The notes under the pieces are model-generated. The model saw only the letters and a list, made by a program, of their open reading frames with translations, was not told the origin of the DNA and made no database searches. Source: Candidatus Latescibacterota bacterium (lineage in GTDB: Bacteria > Latescibacterota > UBA2968). From it: 64,000 bases of DNA. Location of the stretch: NCBI GenBank assembly GCA_965222605.1, contig OZ244960.1, positions 2,240,001 to 2,304,000 of the forward strand, read 5' to 3'. Each line of letters opens with the position of its first letter. Positions within the stretch are counted from its first letter, which is position 1. Of the stretch, positions 39,221 through 47,566 are shown one piece after another. The translations under genes were made by a program, and so were the position numbers.

Positions 39221-41677
39221 TTACCCACGCATCGCCTTGTAATCAACCGTCGCAAACGCGCCCTCCCACTCCTTTCCAAAAGCAATCACATCTTCCTCGC
39301 CCTCTTTCAGCGATACCCCGACCACATTCGGCGCCACCTTTCGCACACATGGCTTTGTCTCACCTTCTCGATGCGACACAATAACCGCGAGAAATCTGGC
39401 CTCGCGGCGCGGTTCGGTAGAAAACCAGAGATTATTGTGTACGCGAGGAGCACCAGCCCAGATATCGTCCTCTTTGGATGCATTCACCTGAGCCTCAATT
39501 TCACTGTACAGATCCTCTCCCGTAATTGGATTCCGATACCCTTTCTCCCCACACATATTTTCCACCTTCAAAGGACCAGTCTCCCCCAGGTGATGCACCT
39601 GCACCTGCACCTCATCAATCGCATAATCGAAAGCCTCTCCAGATATCGCCACCGGCACATCCGGTTGAATGTGATACAGCCAGGAAAACACCGCTGCATC
39701 CGACGCAAGAGCCAAATCGTCAAATACCACAAAATAGCGATCTCTCACAAATAGGAAATGGCGGTAAAACCGCGCCAGATTGGGATGCTCGGTATAGGCA
39801 TTCCGCACATCCCCACACACATAGACCATCTGCGGCGTCTCCTTCCATGCCACAATGCGCCCCGCGTTTGGCAACCCGGCTGAACCGCGTACCTCGCCCT
39901 GTCCTGTACCGTCAATCAACACCGTATTGTGCGACTGGCTCGACCGCGCCACCGCATCCCGATTGCTCTTCTTGCCCCCGCCCGTAGCAATCGTCTTTCC
40001 ATAGGCAAACAACTCAAAACCGCCATTGCTCCTGTGACTGTGGCTATAACCCCCGCGCGGTCGGCAAGTGAACACAAACCCCACACCCTTGCGAAAAGAC
40101 TCGAGCTTCTCCGGAGACTCTGAATACCCCATCGCCCAACCGGCAACCGGCAAGAGGTGCGTACGCGGGTATTTGGTCTCCGCCTTTGGTTCGGCAAAAA
40201 AATGCTTCAACGCATATTCGATCCAGGGCCGGGGATAATCCGTGACCTCAGTAATACCGGGTTCCCCCAGATTCAGGGGCTTCACCTCGCCCGTCGCCAA
40301 TACCCGTTTCCACTCCCTCCACGCCTCCAGCACGCGCCCATCCCCCGTCAAATAAGCCAACTTTCTGCGGTAAGCGTGCTGCCCGCGTTCGTAATAGCGA
40401 TACTGAAAAGCTATATCCCCCCACGCGGGTCTCAAAACCCCGACAGGCGCCAGATTTAAAAGAAAGTTTCCCATACCCCGGTAAAACGGATTGCGTTCCA
40501 GATGAAGTTCGGGATGCATCATCGCGGCATAAAGAGATGTCGCCACCAGAGAACCGAACTTCCAGCTACTATAGGAAACACCTTCGTTCCATCCCTCATC
40601 CGGACCAAACCCGGTGCCCACGCCCGTGATATAGTGCAAACCGAGCTCTGCAAATTGCCGCGCCGCCTCCGAATGCTCGGCAACGGCCAGAGCACCCGTC
40701 AGCGTCCACGTAATATTCTCCCAGGGATGGGAAGCCGGCGCCACGGCAATGCCATCGGCGCGAATCTCGCCCTCATGCCGCCAGGAATATTCATTCAGCG
40801 TATGCTCAATTCGCCAATCCAGCGAGTGAATAATCGTCTCGCGCTCAGCTTCGGAAAGAATCGGGTACAACCAGTCAAAGCAGACCCCCATAAACTCCGT
40901 AATTTTAGTACAGAATTTTTCCCCATTCCCAAGTCCCTCCGGCGAAGAATATCCGCCGGGCTGGTAACGCGCCATAGTCGATAGCCGATCTTTCATCGCC
41001 AGGTACTTTTCATCCCCCGTCAGCATATACGCAAACGCCATATTCGTGAGAAACTGTGCGTATTCGGGATAAATAAAGGGGAACGCAAAAGGTCCTATAT
41101 CCGCATCCGTCTCTGGAAAATTCACAAACCAGTCCGCCTTCAACGTCTCATCCGCCAAGCGAATCGCCTGCCGCGCAATCTCCCCACATTCCAAATCCTT
41201 ATCCTGAAGTTCTCTCAGATCCTGCAAATTCTCAGGCGTAAAAATAATCCTCGGATGCCCATGCACCATCTGCTCAATCGCCGTGCGATCCCACGCAACC
41301 GCATCGTGCGAAAGCTCAAAGCTCCTCACCTCGCTCTCGCGCTCATAAGGCGTTCCCGCATCGTACGTCACCCGCCAGAACCACTTGCGAGCACCTGTCA
41401 AAACCGGAAGCGCATTGTAAAAATTATACGGCGTCTGTTTAACATCGACCACCGGATCCTTCAAATCGGGTGTGCGCCCAATCCGAAGCCTGAACCTCCG
41501 CTCTATCGGCAGCGGTCCCTGCGGAATAATCGCCGGATCAAACGGCCAGCTAAACCTGGGCGGATTCACATCGCACACCTGACCATCTGCCGGGCGAAAC
41601 CCCATATACCGGGGATAAATATGCCGCTCGTCCATCGCCAACGAGTCTTCGCAACCGACGTCTATTGATTTATCCAT
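39221..41677 (-). CDS. DUF4962 / heparinase II/III-like polysaccharide lyase, no signal peptide
   Basis: NPPRFSWP, HPRIIFT, GWNEGVSY, SHSHRSNGGF.L.AYG, SHNTVLIDG.GQ, RHFLF..RYFVVFDDL; start set behind GGAGG. Confidence 0.72.
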   Translation of the reverse strand: MDKSIDVGCEDSLAMDERHIYPRYMGFRPADGQVCDVNPPRFSWPFDPAIIPQGPLPIERRFRLRIGRTPDLKDPVVDVKQTPYNFYNALPVLTGARKWFWRVTYDAGTPYERESEVRSFELSHDAVAWDRTAIEQMVHGHPRIIFTPENLQDLRELQDKDLECGEIARQAIRLADETLKADWFVNFPETDADIGPFAFPFIYPEYAQFLTNMAFAYMLTGDEKYLAMKDRLSTMARYQPGGYSSPEGLGNGEKFCTKITEFMGVCFDWLYPILSEAERETIIHSLDWRIEHTLNEYSWRHEGEIRADGIAVAPASHPWENITWTLTGALAVAEHSEAARQFAELGLHYITGVGTGFGPDEGWNEGVSYSSWKFGSLVATSLYAAMMHPELHLERNPFYRGMGNFLLNLAPVGVLRPAWGDIAFQYRYYERGQHAYRRKLAYLTGDGRVLEAWREWKRVLATGEVKPLNLGEPGITEVTDYPRPWIEYALKHFFAEPKAETKYPRTHLLPVAGWAMGYSESPEKLESFRKGVGFVFTCRPRGGYSHSHRSNGGFELFAYGKTIATGGGKKSNRDAVARSSQSHNTVLIDGTGQGEVRGSAGLPNAGRIVAWKETPQMVYVCGDVRNAYTEHPNLARFYRHFLFVRDRYFVVFDDLALASDAAVFSWLYHIQPDVPVAISGEAFDYAIDEVQVQVHHLGETGPLKVENMCGEKGYRNPITGEDLYSEIEAQVNASKEDDIWAGAPRVHNNLWFSTEPRREARFLAVIVSHREGETKPCVRKVAPNVVGVSLKEGEEDVIAFGKEWEGAFATVDYKAMRG

Positions 41678-41714
41678 GACCATCCTCCTATACAACAAAA
41701 TAAAAGTTTCACCT

Positions 41715-43163
41715 TCACAACACCGCCAATATTTTCTCCACCTTATCCTCAAAAATCATCTGCCACTCAGGCGCCAGCATACAGTCGCTATCTTCTTGCG
41801 CACCGCCCCGATTTTTGAGTTGCTCTGCCGTTGGCGTATAATATATATATCCATTTGTAACACCCGCGACAAAAGTAAACTTATGCGGAGACCCTTTCTT
41901 AATATTGAGACCAATCTGAACAGACAACTCTCCCGGAAATGTAACCAGAACAAATTCCCCAACTCTCAAACCCATCATCTCAACTTCGATAGTTTTTGTT
42001 CCAGCAGCTACATTCCGCGCCTGATGTTTTTTTAGCAAATTCAAATTTATCTGGATCCTCGTCAATTGCTCCATCGCGTAAATATTCTCAATATATCGGT
42101 CCATATTCTCTCTATTTTCAGCATCCAGCTTACTCAGACCATCTCGCCCCATCATCTTCTCATGCAAATAACGATGAGAATAATAAGACGAAAAATCGCG
42201 TGAGAGATTGTATTTCACATACAGTGGAATAAATGTCTTCAGATTGAGACTCGTCCCCTTCAGAGCCTGAAGCAATTGTACCTGTTCGGCCTGTAGTGAT
42301 TCGATACGCGCTGCGAGATCGGCCCTTGGTAGTTCAATGGTCTCATGGACAATCTTCAACTCTCCACCTTCACTACTGCGGATCTTTTTCAAAGCCTGCA
42401 AAGTACTGAGACCCAGCATATTTCCCAGAACCTCGGCATCTCGAGGATTATTGACATCCTTGTACAAAATCGGATTGACATCGCCCCCGCATCCCTGCAA
42501 AAACAGGGCAATAGTATCCTCGCTCAAATTATCTTCAATCACTTTTGACGCAAACCCGGAAATATCCGCCGTATTCTCTCTGCTCGGCACCTCCAGAATC
42601 GGATGACACGCAAAATTGTAAACAACCGCCAGCGTCTCTCCATCTTCCCGATCCAGCCGAAGAATGCCGATTTCCGGATCGACAGGCCCGACCGAAGCGA
42701 CTTCTTCATCGGGCGGAAGCGAGTACGCATGACGAACATCGGCCTCCTTCCCATTCTTCAACTTAAGCCTGCGATTTTCCATAATCCTGTCCTCGCAGCC
42801 AGTGCCAGTACCGATACTTACGGGGACCATATTTTGCCACGCCTCCACGACCGCCTGAACAGTTCGCGCTTCCACATCTGCACAGACCTTGCCGTGACAA
42901 TGGCTGGCATTGATCAGAATATGCGCGGGATCGAGATTTAATTCTCTGTTCAATTGCGAACGCACATTGCTCAGATACTCATTTTTAATAGAACCGATCT
43001 CTGCTATAGCTACCGCATCTGCAGTCACAATAACAGCGGTTTCAGCACCAGACCTCAGAACCAGAGCTTTGACATAAAGTGGATCATTGGCCGGTCCCGC
43101 ATCTGGATCGGTTATAACCACCTTTGCAACGCCTGCCCGGAGATTTCTCGAAATCATTTCCAT
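41715..43163 (-). CDS. Neutral/alkaline ceramidase-like hydrolase
   Basis: LRAGVAKVVIT, DPLYVKALVL, INASHCH, NFACHP, FLQGCGGDVNP, TFPGE, YTPT. Confidence 0.7.
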   Translation of the reverse strand: MEMISRNLRAGVAKVVITDPDAGPANDPLYVKALVLRSGAETAVIVTADAVAIAEIGSIKNEYLSNVRSQLNRELNLDPAHILINASHCHGKVCADVEARTVQAVVEAWQNMVPVSIGTGTGCEDRIMENRRLKLKNGKEADVRHAYSLPPDEEVASVGPVDPEIGILRLDREDGETLAVVYNFACHPILEVPSRENTADISGFASKVIEDNLSEDTIALFLQGCGGDVNPILYKDVNNPRDAEVLGNMLGLSTLQALKKIRSSEGGELKIVHETIELPRADLAARIESLQAEQVQLLQALKGTSLNLKTFIPLYVKYNLSRDFSSYYSHRYLHEKMMGRDGLSKLDAENRENMDRYIENIYAMEQLTRIQINLNLLKKHQARNVAAGTKTIEVEMMGLRVGEFVLVTFPGELSVQIGLNIKKGSPHKFTFVAGVTNGYIYYTPTAEQLKNRGGAQEDSDCMLAPEWQMIFEDKVEKILAVL

Positions 43164-43169
43164 ACCTTA

Positions 43170-43204
43170 CTCAAAGCCCCAGATCTCTCTGATTGTAATT
43201 TTTC
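43170..43204. repeat. 35-bp direct repeat of the 3' end of phyH (44030..44064)
   Basis: CTCAAAGCCCCAGATCTCTC[T/A]GATTGTAATTTTTC with one mismatch; the two copies flank the TA module. Confidence 0.85.
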
Positions 43205-43243
43205 TTCATACATCTGTTCCTGATTAGGAGACGACAAAAACCA

Positions 43244-43319
43244 CTGGATCGCGGCTCAACACCATGCCGCGATGACACCTGTTGCTCGTAACGCCTGCAT
43301 GTTTTAAGCAGGCGTCCAG
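43244..43319. repeat. Pair of inverted REP-like palindromes
   Basis: CTGGATCGCGGC-N10-GCCGCGATGAC and GTAACGCCTGC-N9-GCAGGCGTCCAG: two hairpins in opposite orientation sharing GTCAT-like/TCCAG ends. Confidence 0.6.
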
Positions 43320-43439
43320 AGGATTAAAACGAGAAACTTATTTGACAGATCACTCATGCAAGAGCTGTCTCGAACGCCATTAGATTGCGGATCTCCCGAC
43401 TGAACTCTATTAAAGCCATGAAGCATTCAGAGTACTGTG

Positions 43440-43652
43440 TCAGATAGAAACATCGCTTTTCTCATCTACCAGGACGATGAGTTGGCGCACGATAGGTACC
43501 AATTTTCGGGGAACCTGCATAGCGGTGTAACCTTGCTCAAAGGCGGTCTCATCTTCAGCGATGGTCTCTTCTTCCGTCCGGGATTCGACATGTTCGATGA
43601 CCTCCTGGACGCGCTTCTGATTCCACCCCTTGGGATATTTATTTTCGTCCAT
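43440..43652 (-). CDS. Putative antitoxin (small acidic protein)
   Basis: KYPKGWNQKRVQEVIEH..E.TEEETIAEDE..MQVPRKLVPIVRQLI; AGGAGG RBS; directly downstream of a BrnT-like gene. Confidence 0.65.
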   Translation of the reverse strand: MDENKYPKGWNQKRVQEVIEHVESRTEEETIAEDETAFEQGYTAMQVPRKLVPIVRQLIVLVDEKSDVSI

Positions 43653-43653
43653 C

Positions 43654-43938
43654 TTATCGCCTCCTGCGTTGGCGACGGCGGAGAGCCCGCAATTCGTTGC
43701 CACGCATCTCAATAGCAGTTATGATGAAAAAGCTTTCAGTGGGATAATCGTCGCGCACATAAACGATGCGCAAATATCGGCCGCCTCGGGTCTGACCCAG
43801 GGCTTCGCGAGTGCCATTGCGACCAGCGCGATCTTCCAGTGCATTTTGCATTACGTCTTCCACTTCGTACTCTTCGACGCCGTGGTTGTAAATGTGGAAC
43901 TGATTAGTATCTGGATCAATGTAAAAGCGAAAATGCAT
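43654..43938 (-). CDS. BrnT/DUF4258-like toxin
   Basis: HIYNHGVEEYEVEDV, ALGQTRGGRYLRIVY, FIITA.EM, basic C-terminus. Confidence 0.7.
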   Translation of the reverse strand: MHFRFYIDPDTNQFHIYNHGVEEYEVEDVMQNALEDRAGRNGTREALGQTRGGRYLRIVYVRDDYPTESFFIITAIEMRGNELRALRRRQRRRR

Positions 43939-43944
43939 ATTTTT

Positions 43945-43986
43945 TTACCTGTGCAGACGGGGAAGCGCGATCGTAATAGTTCGCAT
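43945..43986 (-). pseudogene. 13-aa ORF MRTITIALPRLHR with strong RBS, possibly a truncated RHH-type antitoxin gene
   Basis: GAGGAG upstream of ATG 43986; TITIALP resembles the first beta strand of RHH proteins (inference). Confidence 0.35.
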
Positions 43987-44030
43987 AGATAGCTCTCCTC
44001 GTTTTATCGGTGTTATTATTTGTCCCCGCC

Positions 44031-45164
44031 TCAAAGCCCCAGATCTCTCAGATTGTAATTTTTCAAAACACTCTCCCGCGTTTCTTCATTCCAGCGGTTG
44101 GCGTCCTCCTCTCCAATCAAAGGCTGATAAACATAGCGAGATTCATCCGGAAAGCGCTGCTGCCGCGCATCAATCCCCAGAGCGATCAAACGAGAACGCT
44201 CGTAGATACGCGCCTCGTCGTAAACCACCTCCTCATCCCCACGCCTCACCCGCGCATTCAGAACAGAAGATTGACGGTGAAATCCAAAATTGATCGTCAC
44301 CCGCTTATCCGGCGACGTATTTGCGAAAGAGCCGTGCAGAGCCTGGCGATTGGACATAACCACATCGCCGGGTTCACACACCATAGGAACCGCCCTCGGC
44401 AAACGGTCAGAACCACCGTTATCCTCAATCATCTCTTTAATATCCAGCTTGCCCTGCCTGTGCGACCCGGGAACCACCCACACCCCATTGGCCGCTGTAC
44501 TTCCGAAAAGCTGCGCCATAAAATTAAACCCGTGCGTACCCTCATCCCAATCGGGTCTATCCCACTGTGTGGTGCCATCCTGATGCCAGGCTACCGATGC
44601 ACCTAACCCCCGCTGCTTGACAATGACAGACTCTGTGAATGGCGTAAAATCCGGCCCATTGATCTGCTCAGCAATAGACAGCAGTTGGGGATGTCCATAA
44701 AGCCGCAAACAAGAATCCATAATCTGCAAAGGGGCAGCGATACTGGAAATCACATAGTCCGGCGCATCGGCGGGAGGCTCTGGCTCCGTCATCTTAGCCG
44801 GATGACGCCCATTATTGCTCGACGTACCCCCCACGGGATCGCTCAGCGGTCTGACAAAGCGAAACGGCTGCCGCGCCAAATCTGCCCCGAGTGCTCTGCG
44901 GCCCTTGGCATCGACCACCGCGTCTTTAGTATGCGGTGCCCGCTCAAACGCATGCGCCAAATCCGCCTGCAAATCCTCGAGCTCCTCATCGCCCAGCGCA
45001 CCCTCAAACACATAGAACCCCACGCGCCAATACGCCTCTACAATATCCTCATCCAGCGTACCGTCCGCATTAAATTTGATAGCACCGCGATTCCCAAGCG
45101 CGAACGCCATCTCCTCTCCCTCGCGGACATAAGCATCCATAGCATCCTCTGTAGTGGTCTTCAT
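44031..45164 (-). CDS. PhyH family dioxygenase
   Basis: VAWHQDG, ANGVWVVPGSH, ALHGSFANTS..RVT; AAGGAG RBS. Confidence 0.88.
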   Translation of the reverse strand: MKTTTEDAMDAYVREGEEMAFALGNRGAIKFNADGTLDEDIVEAYWRVGFYVFEGALGDEELEDLQADLAHAFERAPHTKDAVVDAKGRRALGADLARQPFRFVRPLSDPVGGTSSNNGRHPAKMTEPEPPADAPDYVISSIAAPLQIMDSCLRLYGHPQLLSIAEQINGPDFTPFTESVIVKQRGLGASVAWHQDGTTQWDRPDWDEGTHGFNFMAQLFGSTAANGVWVVPGSHRQGKLDIKEMIEDNGGSDRLPRAVPMVCEPGDVVMSNRQALHGSFANTSPDKRVTINFGFHRQSSVLNARVRRGDEEVVYDEARIYERSRLIALGIDARQQRFPDESRYVYQPLIGEEDANRWNEETRESVLKNYNLRDLGL

Positions 45165-45185
45165 TTTATTCTCCTTTTTGAGCTT

Positions 45186-47180
45186 CTACCACCCATGCGT
45201 CCAGTGCGGCGTTGACGGAAACCAGATATAATCCACAAGCGAAGAAAGCGCGCAACCCGTCACATATCCAACAACGAGACCAAAGAAAAACGGACGCACG
45301 CGATTGTAAAGCGGGATACCGCCAAACCGCAGAATCATATGCTTGGCCGACCAGGTCAGAAACATACTGAAAGCATAAGTCCTCGATCCCTGGCTAATCT
45401 GAAAAGCCAGCCCCATCGGATGCAGCGGCCACCAGGGCACGCGATTTCGCAAAAACGTAAGCAAACCTGCAAAAAGCACACCCAGAACCCACACAGACGC
45501 CTTGGCCGGATCGAACACAGTCTTATCTGCGCGCACAATAATCGAAACCATGCGATTATAAAGATTTTTATTACCACCCTGAAATCCGCCCAACCCCAAA
45601 TTTTGAGCCGCATTGTCATAGCCGAGATAAATCGTATAGAGCATAGACGCGAAAAAACACGTCGAAAAAGCCAGAAAAATCGTCCAAACAACCCGCTTCC
45701 GTCTCTCTTCAGACGAAAAAAATTTCAGGTGATGGGGCAACGAGGGCCAAACCGGAATGCGGTAATTCCCAAAAAACATATTGGAATTGACAAGACCCAG
45801 ACCGACGACCTCCCTGCGCGTGAACGTCGAATACCCAATCAGACTTTCAATAATTGGTCCGCCCCTATTCGCCACCGGAAACAAATAGGAAAATCCGCTG
45901 GCCGCCGTGTATTTCGCAATGGTAAAATAGGCAATATAGAGAAGCACCACCTGAAGAATCGCAAGGGGCAGCGAAAGCCCCATATACGTGACAAACCCCA
46001 CCACAAAAACCGTAGAGAGTCCCAAACCCACAAGCGCGAAACGGTAAGGGATAAGACCATCGTCTTTTGGAGACCGACAGCCTTCCATCGCCGCCTGAAA
46101 CACCCTGCGCAAATGCCCCCGAGCAATCCAGACTGACCAAAGCGCGAGAAAGACAAAAGCCCCGTGAGATTCCAGCAGCAAAATCTCATAGGCATTTGCC
46201 TGCTGACCCGTATAGCCCACCGTATATCCAACGCGGTTGATAAATCCTTCTTTCAAAATGGCAAAAAGTCGAAACGCCCAAAAAGAAAGAAGAATATCGA
46301 GATTGCACAGATAAGTCAGCCCAATAACGGGCGGCATAATACGCAGCCTCAGAGGAGGAAAATGTTCTGCAAGAATAACATCCTTATCCGCGATACGCAC
46401 CGAATCGTAAATCTCAATATGGGGCAGATTGGGCGCAAAATACGTGACAATATTATACACATAAACGAGCAGCACAACCAGGACGCCCGCCCAGAATATG
46501 CCGTCTTTAAACATCGCGGGAATGCGCTCTTTACCATCAAAACCTTCGGTCAGCACAATGGGAAAAGTCGCCAGAGGAAAAGTCAACTTTTCGGCATCTT
46601 CCCACTGCCTCTGAAAAATAACCGAAACACAAAGCGCGGCCACCACAAGCGCGATAGACAAGCTGAACCACCAGCCAAGCGCGCCTATCCAACTGACCCA
46701 CGGAATGCTCTCGCCCGGCGGCAGACCCTCGTAAAAAGTCGTTATAGACCCCTCCGATGCCTGAGGCAATACCCACCAGGGCATAACATCAAAAAGAAAC
46801 TCCTCCCATCGGTTTTCCGGCGAAGCATAATAAGTCGGAGAACTGATAATACCACCCCAGTAAGTCGCCCATCCCGCAACCGGAATCGTCCCCACAATCC
46901 ACGACATACTGTAAATCAGAACAAGTTCAGAACTGGAAAGCGCAATGCGGGGCCAAAAAAATCTGAGAACGAGATTAACGCCAATCCAGCCCACAAAAGG
47001 CAGCAACACAGACATCGGAAGTTGCGACTTGACCAGCGCGCTATTGACGAGCACCATCCCCGTGTAATTGGTATAAGTATTGAGCAAGACCCCCGTAGCC
47101 ACGCCCAATACGACCGCCCGCACGGTAATAAGGGGACGTTTTTGTCCGGATACATCTCGTAAAGTTTGAGAGTATGCCAT
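45186..47180 (-). CDS. DUF6785/DUF6784-like polytopic membrane protein (paralog 3)
   Basis: ITVRAVVLG, YYASPENRW, QRQWEDAEKLTFPLA, WWPLHPMG, FGGIPLY..RPFFFGL, HWTHGW. Confidence 0.78.
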   Translation of the reverse strand: MAYSQTLRDVSGQKRPLITVRAVVLGVATGVLLNTYTNYTGMVLVNSALVKSQLPMSVLLPFVGWIGVNLVLRFFWPRIALSSSELVLIYSMSWIVGTIPVAGWATYWGGIISSPTYYASPENRWEEFLFDVMPWWVLPQASEGSITTFYEGLPPGESIPWVSWIGALGWWFSLSIALVVAALCVSVIFQRQWEDAEKLTFPLATFPIVLTEGFDGKERIPAMFKDGIFWAGVLVVLLVYVYNIVTYFAPNLPHIEIYDSVRIADKDVILAEHFPPLRLRIMPPVIGLTYLCNLDILLSFWAFRLFAILKEGFINRVGYTVGYTGQQANAYEILLLESHGAFVFLALWSVWIARGHLRRVFQAAMEGCRSPKDDGLIPYRFALVGLGLSTVFVVGFVTYMGLSLPLAILQVVLLYIAYFTIAKYTAASGFSYLFPVANRGGPIIESLIGYSTFTRREVVGLGLVNSNMFFGNYRIPVWPSLPHHLKFFSSEERRKRVVWTIFLAFSTCFFASMLYTIYLGYDNAAQNLGLGGFQGGNKNLYNRMVSIIVRADKTVFDPAKASVWVLGVLFAGLLTFLRNRVPWWPLHPMGLAFQISQGSRTYAFSMFLTWSAKHMILRFGGIPLYNRVRPFFFGLVVGYVTGCALSSLVDYIWFPSTPHWTHGW

Positions 47181-47188
47181 AACGTCCC

Positions 47189-47566
47189 TTAGTCTTCATA
47201 AGTGACGACAACATCATCGCCATCGATTTCTACCGCGTAGGTCTTGACATACACCTCGGGATCGACCAGACAGCGTCCTGTTGAGATTTCAAAAGACCAC
47301 TGATGCCACGGGCAGTGCAGAATTTCGCCATCGCCATCAATGGAAATCGCGCCCTCTCGCGTGGAAGGCGGTGCCTGAGTCGTCACCCTACCACCGAGAG
47401 TACCCGTACATAGCGGGCCATTCTTATGCGGACAAATATTGCGAACCGCGTAAAACGAACCTCGAACATTAAAAATGCCAATACCGGCGCGACCGCGAAA
47501 CGGCACCACAATTTTGCGCTGTCCGGGCGGTATCTCCGAGACCTTGGCAATCGCAATACGCGCCAT
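47189..47566 (-). CDS. Rieske [2Fe-2S] ferredoxin
   Basis: CPH...CPWH ligands. Confidence 0.92.
   Translation of the reverse strand: MARIAIAKVSEIPPGQRKIVVPFRGRAGIGIFNVRGSFYAVRNICPHKNGPLCTGTLGGRVTTQAPPSTREGAISIDGDGEILHCPWHQWSFEISTGRCLVDPEVYVKTYAVEIDGDDVVVTYED

Noticed and set aside
37208-39754. 848-aa plus-strand ORF
   Set aside because: Antisense shadow of the DUF6785-like and heparinase-like genes; no recognisable motifs, and expected from GC-rich codon usage.
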